Origin: Silvanigrellaceae bacterium
GTDB lineage: Bacteria; Bdellovibrionota_B; Oligoflexia; Silvanigrellales; Silvanigrellaceae
Assembly: GCA_049423385.1 (NCBI GenBank)
Contig: JBMSQQ010000003.1
Span: 1 to 64,000, forward strand
DNA length: 64,000 nt
Reading direction: 5' to 3'
Shown here: in pieces, positions 49,989 to 59,143 of the stretch
How positions within the stretch are numbered: the stretch's first letter is position 1
Layout of the letters: the number at the start of each line of letters is the position of its first letter
The notes under the pieces: model-generated
Seen by the model: only the letters and a program-made list of their open reading frames with translations
Database searches by the model: none
Told to the model about the DNA's origin: nothing
Position numbers and translations under genes: made by a program

Positions 49989-52568
49989 TTGATTTCGATG
50001 TGGCACCTGCGGGTTTTACTTTTGAACACTCTGGCGCTTGCGACGGCTTGCGGTACGTCGCGTTCGACCCGCAATCAAAATTGCAGCAACTTGAAGGCAG
50101 TGGTTGATCCAAAAGTCGCTCCCGCAGCAGCATCAACGATGGAGTCTTATGACCCGTCGGCAGTGTTGCTGTTGTTCACAGCAAAGGCTGACAAGGTCAC
50201 CATCGAATCGCGTTGCAATGCACGTCTTGTCAACAAGATGGTGGCAAAACATAAACTCAGCGATGGTCAATTGGTCGATGCATTGGCACCGATCAATTTT
50301 GAACAGCTGGAACTCGAATTTCACAGCGGCGAGTCGAATTTCGAACTGCACTCTTCCGCACATTGTTTTTATCGCGTTTGGGATTCCCGCATATCCAATC
50401 AAGTCAAAAACAATCCGGCCATTGGGGTCGAACCGGCACGGAGTCTTTTGCGCGACCTCAAGACACGCTATCAGCTCTACCGCTCGATGCTGACAACTCC
50501 CCAGAAAATCGTCGCCTATCTGCCCAACGGGACACCCATCTCGTTCGACTATAAAACCGAGGCCACTCCCTTGTATGAACAATTTTTTGCTGCGATCGAT
50601 GCTGCCAAATCGACCGATCTCGAAGCGATTATCGGCCGGGAATTCAGCAAAACGTCCCTGCTTATGGATGAGTTGATCTCCGACGGTTGCAGGACTGATG
50701 AAAAGATGTTGAGCGAGCTTGGAAAAAACGCAGTCGAAGCAGCAAAATCGGTCACAGACCCGATGGGTATCGCAACCTTCAGATCCCAACACGATTCGAT
50801 ATCAAAGACCATCGACGACTTGATTCGCTCTCGTTACATGGTGGGTGGTCGTCGCAAACTCTGTTTTTCGCAAACCGACATGTTGGCTTTGCCCGTCAAG
50901 TTTTCGGGAACATTGTCGGCAGTGCAGAAAAATGCACTCAGCGAAATAGAAAAATTGCAAAAGTCCCGTATAGAGAACTTCTTGTCCCACTTGAAAGGGG
51001 CGAACAAGGAAAAGTTTATTGCGGAGATCAAGCCCTCAACAATTCCCCAGAATACTCCCGCCGGGATTGACCGTTGCGCCTGGAGCGACACTTACCCCGG
51101 ATTCTCGATCACCGACAGCTTTTCGCAATTGATGGAACGCAAATATTTCAACAATTGGACCTACAGCCGGGAGAATGGAGTCGCAGGTTTCACGAGCTTG
51201 AAGTTCCTGTTCCCAAATATGGATGCGAGCAATCCCATCTATGCCAATGTGGTGAAAGACGTCACCCAGTTGGTGTACAACAAATTGAAGTGCGGAGCTT
51301 CAGGCATGGAATTCATTCCCGAAACCGGAAGCTGCCAGGCGAATACCAACGAAGGTCGTTGTCCACCCATTGCAAATCCCTTGTCACCAACGCCGGCGGA
51401 AGATATGGCAGCACAAAGCGCACACCTGCATATTGTAAAAAGCATGCGCTTGGCATCAACATCGCCACTGCACCTGCTCAGGCGGATGCGCGAGTCAAGT
51501 TCTCTGGCCTTGACGATGCCAGTCACATCCCTGAATGATTTCGTCGTCAACAGGTGCCAAACATCCGCCGACCCGGAGTGTGAGCTTTCCAAGGCCGTTG
51601 ATCAAGTTTTGAAAAATTTGGCCGGCAGGTTCAGCGCAACAATAGATTCCGCACCACCCGGCCGGTCTGATTCAAGGCAAACCGTGGATTTGGTTGCACA
51701 GAATAATTTGCTGCAATTCACCTCGATTGATGACGATCTGCAGTTTCATTGCAAATTTTCTCAACGCACGTTGTCCAACAACGACAACTCGGCAAGCCTT
51801 TTCCGGAATCTCTCCGATGAGGCCAAGTCGATACTTGACGCGGATGCAACTGCCGGTGCTTACAACAAGTGGTCGATGGGAAGCCGGTTCCTTTTTCTCA
51901 AGTGCATTTCCGTTGGAATGCAGCGACTCTATAACGACCCGAGCACTTATTCCGGCTTATTGCACGGGATTGGCTTTGCTCAGGTGAGTTTTGTGAAAAG
52001 TGACGTGTCGGAAGCCCGTGACGCATACGGAATCGGCAACGTCCGCATGACTGAATTGGGAAGACCCGTCTCCCTGCCATTCGTTGGCATGTTCCTGGGC
52101 GAAGACTCGCAAAACCTTCTTCCAGTTGAGAAGGCCGCGAAGTTGCTGGCCGGACCGCACCTTCAGTTGCAATACTGCGCCAGCAGCGGGGCCAGCGGGA
52201 CCGGGCTCTGCGGAAATCTTCTCGACAGCACTACGCTTTCTCTTAAAAATGATGTCAGCTCTGTCAACAGCGATCTCCCGCTGGTTCGGAGTCATTTGAA
52301 CTTTACGACATCAGTGCCGGATTGGCTGCCGGAAGCCGAGAAGGCCAAGTATGGCGGCATTGCATTTCCCGCGGACAACTACTCAACCGCCTCAGGCCGC
52401 TATTATTTTTCCGCTGGCGACAGCGGCACCACAATTGCTGCCTTCGGCCTTTTTCCCATTTTCATGCTCAGCACGGTTCAGGACAGGCCCGTGTCCGGTG
52501 GCTTGGCAGTCATTCCGAGTACGGGTGGGCAAGAGGTGCAGTCTTCCAAGGGAGCATCCTGCCGATAA
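49989..52568 (+). CDS. Large Cys-rich lipoprotein with dispersed trypsin-like (S1) protease motifs
   Basis: Lipobox ATAC; RCNARLV, SSAHC, TDMLAL, AGDSGT; likely start ATG 49998. Confidence 0.6.
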   Translation: MISMWHLRVLLLNTLALATACGTSRSTRNQNCSNLKAVVDPKVAPAAASTMESYDPSAVLLLFTAKADKVTIESRCNARLVNKMVAKHKLSDGQLVDALAPINFEQLELEFHSGESNFELHSSAHCFYRVWDSRISNQVKNNPAIGVEPARSLLRDLKTRYQLYRSMLTTPQKIVAYLPNGTPISFDYKTEATPLYEQFFAAIDAAKSTDLEAIIGREFSKTSLLMDELISDGCRTDEKMLSELGKNAVEAAKSVTDPMGIATFRSQHDSISKTIDDLIRSRYMVGGRRKLCFSQTDMLALPVKFSGTLSAVQKNALSEIEKLQKSRIENFLSHLKGANKEKFIAEIKPSTIPQNTPAGIDRCAWSDTYPGFSITDSFSQLMERKYFNNWTYSRENGVAGFTSLKFLFPNMDASNPIYANVVKDVTQLVYNKLKCGASGMEFIPETGSCQANTNEGRCPPIANPLSPTPAEDMAAQSAHLHIVKSMRLASTSPLHLLRRMRESSSLALTMPVTSLNDFVVNRCQTSADPECELSKAVDQVLKNLAGRFSATIDSAPPGRSDSRQTVDLVAQNNLLQFTSIDDDLQFHCKFSQRTLSNNDNSASLFRNLSDEAKSILDADATAGAYNKWSMGSRFLFLKCISVGMQRLYNDPSTYSGLLHGIGFAQVSFVKSDVSEARDAYGIGNVRMTELGRPVSLPFVGMFLGEDSQNLLPVEKAAKLLAGPHLQLQYCASSGASGTGLCGNLLDSTTLSLKNDVSSVNSDLPLVRSHLNFTTSVPDWLPEAEKAKYGGIAFPADNYSTASGRYYFSAGDSGTTIAAFGLFPIFMLSTVQDRPVSGGLAVIPSTGGQEVQSSKGASCR

Positions 52569-52627
52569 CACCCATTGGATCGGTGGAATTGTCCTACCGG
52601 GAGATCCAAGGGGAGTGAACGGCGTTC

Positions 52628-55120
52628 ATGGAAGAAAACGTCGCAACATCCATAATTCCCGAAGCCCTGCGTACGAAGGCCAAGAAGGGCCGTCGCTTTG
52701 GGCAGGGTTTGGTCTGGCTGCTGCTCATTTTGAGCCTTGGCAGCGCACTCGATTTGGTTTCCAGGTATTTCGATTCCGATTCCCGCGTGAACAAGCTGAT
52801 TCAAAATGGAAAAGCTTTGTCATTGCCGGACTGGACTCTGCGTGCGTACAAATGCCCCACGTTCAAGTCGGAACTCGAAGACTGCAAGCAGGTCATGGTC
52901 GAGGCCACCGCAGGCCAACCTAGCCTTGTCAGCCGTGTCGAAATTCCTTTGCGCGCGGATTTGAAAAAACGAATCATTTCTCAAGCCGAGAAGCCGACCT
53001 TGCTCGTTTTCAGTCGCATTCTGACAGGCTTGGAAAAAGAGTGGCTGGCAGATCGCGTGTCGAATGTGAATACCGAATGGCCATCCCAAGCGCAGCTCGT
53101 GACGTTGTCCTCCACCGAATGTGAAGCCAAAGTGGCAGGTGCAGAGGCGCCCGACTTTGATCCAGTTGCAGAGCCACAAAAAATGGCCTGTTTTGCCCAG
53201 AGCAGATTTTCTGCCATCGAAGCCATGCCGCGCAAAAACAAGCTCGAATACTTTATTGCAATTGGCAACAGCACGGACATCGGCCCTGCCCGATGGCCAA
53301 TTCTGCTCGTGGAGAACCAGCACGTCCACGAAGTTTTGTCCTTGGAACAACTGACGGCATCGTCAGTGATCTTGTGGAATCTTGTTTCGTTGTTGATGCC
53401 GATTTTCGTCATTGCATTCCGATTTGTCTTCCGGGGCCAACCGCTTCTCAACACCTTGTCAGATTACGCACTGTGGCTCATCTTCTATGCGGGAGCAATT
53501 GTCGTTTTGCAGCAATCGAGCTTTACGCTGCCGGTGGCACAGACAGTCTTGTCTACCCTGTGCATTTTGTTCGAAGGCGTCATCCTGGCGATGTTGATCC
53601 GTTATGCCTACTGCGCATCATCCGGCGAAGAATGGGGAAAGGCCGCAACAATAAGCATTTCGATGCTTTGTGCCCTCCTCTTTGTATCAGCTTCGGCAGT
53701 GAACAAAATGTCACCGCAATCTTTCCTGATAAAATCCCACTTGTGGCGCGATGCACTTGGCGGCGGCTTGGGTTGCTTCGCCGTGCTTTCCGGTTTCTAT
53801 GTCCGCCAAAACCGTGCGGTCAAAAATGGACACATTACCCAATCCGGATTCCAATCGACGACAGACGATTTTGGAACCATTTATTATTTCGCTCGCATGG
53901 CTTGTGTCATCATTCCATTGATGATTTTTGGTACATCCAACTTCCGTGAGATTGTCCGCCCGACACAAAAAATCCTCAAGTGGGAAGACCTCTTTTTTCT
54001 GCCAAGTCAAACCGCACTGATTGCGTTTGTTCTTGGCGCCAAGACCCGTACTTCTCTGAATTACGGCAGAAACATGAAAGAAAGGCTTCAGGCGCTGTTC
54101 AATGGAGTCCTCAACATGCAACGCGCACTGACTCCACATGAATCGGTGAGCATTGCCGCAACGGCAATGCGCGAGGCTCTCCCGGCTGCCGCGGAATCCC
54201 CGTTCGAGTTTATCGAGAGCAACAAATGGAGCACGGAACAGTTTCAAAATCACATTGCACTGACGTACAGGACTTTGCACATTCCACTGCATGGTTCGCA
54301 GACGTACAGGGGAGTTCTCCGGTTCGACAACGTCAAACAGGACAGACTGAGCGAAGAGGAAGAGCACTTTCTCATCACGATTGCCAATGCCCTTGCCAAT
54401 CACCTCGAAACCCAGGAAGCGGCAGCCAACCTCGAAAAAATGCACCAGGCTTCCTTGCGCTTCGTGCCTCGGGACTTCCTGCGCCTTCTCAATTCTGAAA
54501 GTCTTGTGGACTTCAACCTTGGCGACCACACGGAAGGTGAAATGAGTGTCATGTTCGCAGACATTCGCAACTTCACCCAGATTTCGGAAGGAATGACTCC
54601 GGCGCAAAACTTCGATTTCATCAACAGCTTCCTGACCCAAATTGGTCCTATCATTCGCCATCATGGCGGATTTATCGACAAGTACATTGGCGACGCCATC
54701 ATGGCACTGTTTCCTCAATCTCCGGTCCACGCGGCGCGCTGTGCCGTGGACATGCAGATCGCGTTGAGATCATTCAACGACAAATGGCTGGGACTGGTGA
54801 ACCAGGAGGTTAAAATCGGCTGTGGTATCCACTACGGCCCCATGGTCCTTGGGATTGTGGGATATGCCGAACGTCTGTCGGGAACCGTGATGTCGGATGC
54901 GGTCAACCTTGCGTCGAGGCTCGAAAGCCTGACCAAGCAATACAACTCCCAAATTGTTGTCAGCGAAGACGTTTTGCAGCATATGTCGAGTATTGAATCG
55001 AAGGAATTCAACACCCGAATGCTCGATTCCGTGAGAGTCAAGGGACGCAATGCATTGGTGACAATCTATGAGATTGTTGTCCCGGCTGAGAACACCGAGG
55101 AGTTGCCCAAGGCATCATGA
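52628..55120 (+). CDS. Membrane-bound class III adenylate cyclase (periplasmic sensor, multi-TM, GAF-like, cyclase)
   Basis: VMFADIRNFT, IDKYIGDAIMALF, GIHYG, DAVNLASRLE, VKGR. Confidence 0.9.
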   Translation: MEENVATSIIPEALRTKAKKGRRFGQGLVWLLLILSLGSALDLVSRYFDSDSRVNKLIQNGKALSLPDWTLRAYKCPTFKSELEDCKQVMVEATAGQPSLVSRVEIPLRADLKKRIISQAEKPTLLVFSRILTGLEKEWLADRVSNVNTEWPSQAQLVTLSSTECEAKVAGAEAPDFDPVAEPQKMACFAQSRFSAIEAMPRKNKLEYFIAIGNSTDIGPARWPILLVENQHVHEVLSLEQLTASSVILWNLVSLLMPIFVIAFRFVFRGQPLLNTLSDYALWLIFYAGAIVVLQQSSFTLPVAQTVLSTLCILFEGVILAMLIRYAYCASSGEEWGKAATISISMLCALLFVSASAVNKMSPQSFLIKSHLWRDALGGGLGCFAVLSGFYVRQNRAVKNGHITQSGFQSTTDDFGTIYYFARMACVIIPLMIFGTSNFREIVRPTQKILKWEDLFFLPSQTALIAFVLGAKTRTSLNYGRNMKERLQALFNGVLNMQRALTPHESVSIAATAMREALPAAAESPFEFIESNKWSTEQFQNHIALTYRTLHIPLHGSQTYRGVLRFDNVKQDRLSEEEEHFLITIANALANHLETQEAAANLEKMHQASLRFVPRDFLRLLNSESLVDFNLGDHTEGEMSVMFADIRNFTQISEGMTPAQNFDFINSFLTQIGPIIRHHGGFIDKYIGDAIMALFPQSPVHAARCAVDMQIALRSFNDKWLGLVNQEVKIGCGIHYGPMVLGIVGYAERLSGTVMSDAVNLASRLESLTKQYNSQIVVSEDVLQHMSSIESKEFNTRMLDSVRVKGRNALVTIYEIVVPAENTEELPKAS

Positions 55121-55977
55121 ACAAATCCAAGAATTTTCGAGAACTTTCACCCTTTGAGAGCTTTGTCATAGACAAAAAAGGGACAGAAAAACCTTTTACG
55201 GGCGAATACTGCAACACAACATCCAACGGCGTTTATCATTGCAAAAAATGTGATGCGCCACTCTACAAATCTGCCGACAAGTTTCCCTCGCACTGTGGAT
55301 GGCCCAGTTTCGACGATGAGATTCCCGGCGCAGTCAAAAGAAATCCGGACGCCGATGGTCGCAGGGTCGAAATAGTTTGCCGGAGCTGCGATGGTCACCT
55401 CGGGCACGTATTCGAAGGAGAGGGTTTCACCCTCAAGAATATCCGTCACTGCGTCAATTCGATCAGCCTGGTTTTCAGGGCAAGCGAGACACAGGCCAAG
55501 TCCGTGGCGTTGTTTGCGTCTGGCTGTTTTTGGGGAACTGAATATCACTTCGCCAAGGTTCCCGGAGTTCTGTCAACCAAAGTCGGATTTGCGGGAGGAC
55601 ACATCGAGAATCCCTCGTACCGGCAAGTCTGCGAAGGTACCACGGGCCACCTCGAATGTTGCGAGGTTGTCTACAATCCCAATGAAGTCAGCTACGAACA
55701 ACTCTGCAAACTTTTTTTTGAAACCCATGATTTCAGCCAGACCAATGGACAAGGCCCTGACATCGGCCCCCAATACCTTTCAGCACTCTTTGTTGCCAAT
55801 GACGACGAGCGCAATTCCGCAGAGAAACTGGTGGACATCCTGAAATCAAAAGGCTTCAATGTAGCGACACGTTTGCTTCCGGCGGCGCACTTCTGGCCGG
55901 CCGAGGACTACCACCAGAAATATTATTTTCATCAGGCGAAAACGCCCTATTGTCATATTTATCGCAAGATTTTTTGA
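55117..55977 (+). CDS. msrAB: Bifunctional methionine sulfoxide reductase MsrB-MsrA
   Basis: GTEKPFTG, CxxC pairs, GWPSF, HLGHVF, RHCVNS; GCFWG, GQGPDIG.QY, AEDYHQKY. Confidence 0.95.
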   Translation: MNKSKNFRELSPFESFVIDKKGTEKPFTGEYCNTTSNGVYHCKKCDAPLYKSADKFPSHCGWPSFDDEIPGAVKRNPDADGRRVEIVCRSCDGHLGHVFEGEGFTLKNIRHCVNSISLVFRASETQAKSVALFASGCFWGTEYHFAKVPGVLSTKVGFAGGHIENPSYRQVCEGTTGHLECCEVVYNPNEVSYEQLCKLFFETHDFSQTNGQGPDIGPQYLSALFVANDDERNSAEKLVDILKSKGFNVATRLLPAAHFWPAEDYHQKYYFHQAKTPYCHIYRKIF

Positions 55978-56921
55978 TTCAGCTTTTCGGCAACCTCGGA
56001 CGGCAGTCGTTCGGACAACCGAATGGATGCTCCCAATGCCTTTGAAAGATCGGCATATTCTGAAAGTGCAGATTCCAGAAAATTCCCACGACGCACGCCG
56101 GAAATCAGGCGATTTTTTGGGGTATGGGCCGATGGAACAAACTCCGTCGTCGTGACTTCATAGCCACTGCCACGTGCCAACAGAACCCTCATGGCATCTG
56201 TAAATGTGCTGCAGGAATCGCGGCGCAATTCTGGCGAATGAACCAACACGGAAAATGCGTTCTTGAAGTTTTCAGCCGACATGCGTCGCCAATGCCCGGC
56301 CAACTCAGCCTGGCAACAAGGAGCGACCGCAAATGCGTCGGCCTTCTCATCAAACGCCAATGCCAATGCATCATCGGTTGCCGTATCGCAAGCATGCAAA
56401 GCCACCACAAAATGCGGGCGGGATGATTTTCGCTCGTCTTGTGAAGACATCTGCTGTCGACGAGCCGCGTAGTCGCCAACGCTGATGGCTTCAAATTGGA
56501 GGATATCCGCAAGACCAAGATCACGGGCCCGTTGTGCAGACTTGGCAATCACGTCGTTACGGGTATCGATCCCGACAACAACGGCACTCTTGTTCCAAAC
56601 GTGCTTGAAACACCAGGCCAACAGCAGGGTGAGATAGGAATTGCCGCAACCACAATCAAGAATTCGCACCTGGGAAAACCTTTCGGACAGGGATTTGATG
56701 GTGGGTTCCAGCAGACCAATCATGTGATTTATCTGGGCGTATTTTCGAACGGCATCGGCCGGCATGCTGGCGTCGGAATTCAAAAGTCCAAGCGCCCGTA
56801 AAAGCTCTCCGCCTGCAACGGGCTCAACAATGTATTTCTTTCCGGAGGTCACCTTGCGAATCCGTTCAGGCGTCCAGTGATTGGCAACCTTTTGCGCGAA
56901 AGAGAGTTGTGTCACAGTCAT
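55959..56921 (-). CDS. SAM-dependent methyltransferase
   Basis: K..QIN, ILDCGCGNSYLT, VALHACDTATD, APCCQ, HTPKNRLI; GGAA RBS supports ATG 56921. Confidence 0.85.
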   Translation of the reverse strand: MTVTQLSFAQKVANHWTPERIRKVTSGKKYIVEPVAGGELLRALGLLNSDASMPADAVRKYAQINHMIGLLEPTIKSLSERFSQVRILDCGCGNSYLTLLLAWCFKHVWNKSAVVVGIDTRNDVIAKSAQRARDLGLADILQFEAISVGDYAARRQQMSSQDERKSSRPHFVVALHACDTATDDALALAFDEKADAFAVAPCCQAELAGHWRRMSAENFKNAFSVLVHSPELRRDSCSTFTDAMRVLLARGSGYEVTTTEFVPSAHTPKNRLISGVRRGNFLESALSEYADLSKALGASIRLSERLPSEVAEKLNQKILR

Positions 56922-56964
56922 GGAGTTCCTCATTTCCAGCAACGCCGCAGTGCCGGGAGCCGAC

Positions 56965-57957
56965 ATGTCTCAGGGTGTTCCAAAAACTCGCGCCGAAGTC
57001 AAAGACCTTCAACGCCTGAGGCAGCTTTTTCTGGATGCGCCAACTCGACAAGGCCTCGAAGATTATTGGCAAGATGAGTCCTTGCTGGCTTTGTACGATG
57101 CCACGTACGCCCGACGCATCGGCTGGAAATGGGAGGCTGTCTTGTCCGAACTTGAGAGCCGTGACTGGAAAATTCCGACCAACATTCGCCGCTGGCTGGA
57201 CTGGGGCTGCGGCACCGGCATCGCATCGGAAACATGGGTCCGGTTTGCCGAGACAGCTCTTCCGGATGAGATTGTCTTTTGCGATCGTTCGCGCAAGGCC
57301 ATGACTTTTGCGAGTCAAAAGCTGTCATTGATTGTCCCGGAATGCAATTTGAAGACCTGCCCCCCGGAGCAGGCAACGACAGGACGCGACGATTTGATTC
57401 TCATCAGTCATGTCTTGACTGAGCTTTCGCAAGTCGAGCTCGATCTTCTCGTCAAAAGAATCTCTCAGGCGGGGGTGATTGTCTGGGTGGAACCCGGAAC
57501 CCCATTCTGCTCCCAGAGACTTGTTGAGGTGCGTTCATTTTTGAAAGACGAATTCAAAATCATAGGACCTTGCCCACATTCAAATGGATGCCCTCTTGAA
57601 TCCCGGGCCGGGGACTGGTGCCATTTTTTCGCACCTCCGCCCCCGGAAATCTTTCAGGACTCGTTTTGGGCAAATTTTGCGAAGGAAATGAACATCGATT
57701 TGCGCAGCCTGCCGGTCAGTTTTCTGGTCCTGCAGAACAAGGCAACCGCCGACCTGGAGACCATCAACAGCACCCCGAGTAAAAGGCTCATCGCCAGGCC
57801 CCGCTTCCTGAAGGGTCATGCCAAGGCGATGTTCTGCAACAGCACAGGCATGTTGACCCAAGAGGACTTGCCGCAAAAAAAGTTCAAGCGGGAATTCAAG
57901 GAATGGGAAAAGGATTGCTTTTTTGTTCAGCTCACCAACGATCAGGATTCCGGTTGA
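56965..57957 (+). CDS. Rsm22/METTL17-like methyltransferase-fold protein
   Basis: LDWGCGTG, SHVLTEL, VEPGT, GPCPH..GCP, WCHF; GGAG RBS before ATG 56965. Confidence 0.8.
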   Translation: MSQGVPKTRAEVKDLQRLRQLFLDAPTRQGLEDYWQDESLLALYDATYARRIGWKWEAVLSELESRDWKIPTNIRRWLDWGCGTGIASETWVRFAETALPDEIVFCDRSRKAMTFASQKLSLIVPECNLKTCPPEQATTGRDDLILISHVLTELSQVELDLLVKRISQAGVIVWVEPGTPFCSQRLVEVRSFLKDEFKIIGPCPHSNGCPLESRAGDWCHFFAPPPPEIFQDSFWANFAKEMNIDLRSLPVSFLVLQNKATADLETINSTPSKRLIARPRFLKGHAKAMFCNSTGMLTQEDLPQKKFKREFKEWEKDCFFVQLTNDQDSG

Positions 57958-59143
57958 TGATGATTGCGGCCAGAACTTTCGGAACGTAATCGACTGTTTC
58001 CTCGGGCAACTGATCACGCAAGGCCCAGAAGTCCGGCTTGGGAGCCCGGCGAATCCTCGCAGCAATCGCCTTTCTTTCGATTTTGTTTTGACCGGCATTG
58101 TATGATGCGATTGCCAGCATGTAGCGATCGGTCCCGAACTGCTTGAGCAGCATCGACAGATATTCTGCGGCTGCCTTCGAACTCTTCGACACGTCCAGCC
58201 GTTCATCCACTCTCAACTTTGGCTCGACCCGCAGCCCGAAATCACGCGCCGTGGCTGGCATGAATTGCCAAAGCCCCAGTGCACCAACAGGACTCAACGC
58301 ATTGACATTGAACTCTGACTCGACCCAAACCAGATAACCCAACTCCACGGGCAAGCCTTGCGCCGTGAGTGCCGACTGGATGTCGCTCCAATACTTTTGC
58401 TTCTTCTCGAACATTTTCTTGTGCGCGTCATTTTTTGTGAATCTGTCGATCCAGAATTCAACTTTTTTTTGAAATTGCGAATCGAGAGCAGAAGGGGGAG
58501 TGTCGCCAAATCTTCTTGAAACAGTGACTATCTCGTCCCAAATAAAATTGCGTGGTGCCTCGGGAATCTGGGCTTGGGTTGGTGGAGATTGAAGTCTTTG
58601 CGCGAGGGTGGGCTGCACCGTGGGTTCCTGACTTGCCGTGGGAATAGCCGTCTGAACTGCCCTGAGCTTGGTCTTTTTTCCAACATACCAGGCGACACCA
58701 ACGACTCCCGTCGCAAGCAGCTGCAGCATCAAGAACTGTGGAATCAACGACCGCCGCGGACGACGTTTCACATATTTTGAAAAATCGGTCACGCGAGTCA
58801 TCACGGCACTGGCGAATCGCGATGGCTCCAGTGCGTTCCATTGCGAGCACTGAAAGCAACTCACCTGCCCAACATTTATTTTGTCCCCAGCCGAGATGCG
58901 CGTCTTGCGCTCGATCTTTTTGCCATTGATGAACGTTCCGTTGCGACTGCCCAAGTCCTCAATCCAAAGTTGTCCGCGTTGGACAGAAATTTTGGCATGG
59001 CTGCGGCTCACCATCACATCATCATCAATGCGAATGAAGGTGCCTTCGCTTTTTCCGACGACCTTGCTCTCACCTTCACCAATTTCGAAGGTGCGATCGT
59101 GCAATGGTCCCGAAAGAAATCTGATGATGTAGCGGCTCTTCAT
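57932..59143 (-). CDS. FHA domain - TM - MltD-type lytic transglycosylase (SLT)
   Basis: VSRSHA...DLGSRNGTFING FHA; one TM; VESEFN..A.SPVGALGLWQFMPATA, ASYNAG, ETVDYVPK. Confidence 0.88.
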   Translation of the reverse strand: MKSRYIIRFLSGPLHDRTFEIGEGESKVVGKSEGTFIRIDDDVMVSRSHAKISVQRGQLWIEDLGSRNGTFINGKKIERKTRISAGDKINVGQVSCFQCSQWNALEPSRFASAVMTRVTDFSKYVKRRPRRSLIPQFLMLQLLATGVVGVAWYVGKKTKLRAVQTAIPTASQEPTVQPTLAQRLQSPPTQAQIPEAPRNFIWDEIVTVSRRFGDTPPSALDSQFQKKVEFWIDRFTKNDAHKKMFEKKQKYWSDIQSALTAQGLPVELGYLVWVESEFNVNALSPVGALGLWQFMPATARDFGLRVEPKLRVDERLDVSKSSKAAAEYLSMLLKQFGTDRYMLAIASYNAGQNKIERKAIAARIRRAPKPDFWALRDQLPEETVDYVPKVLAAIIINRNPDRW

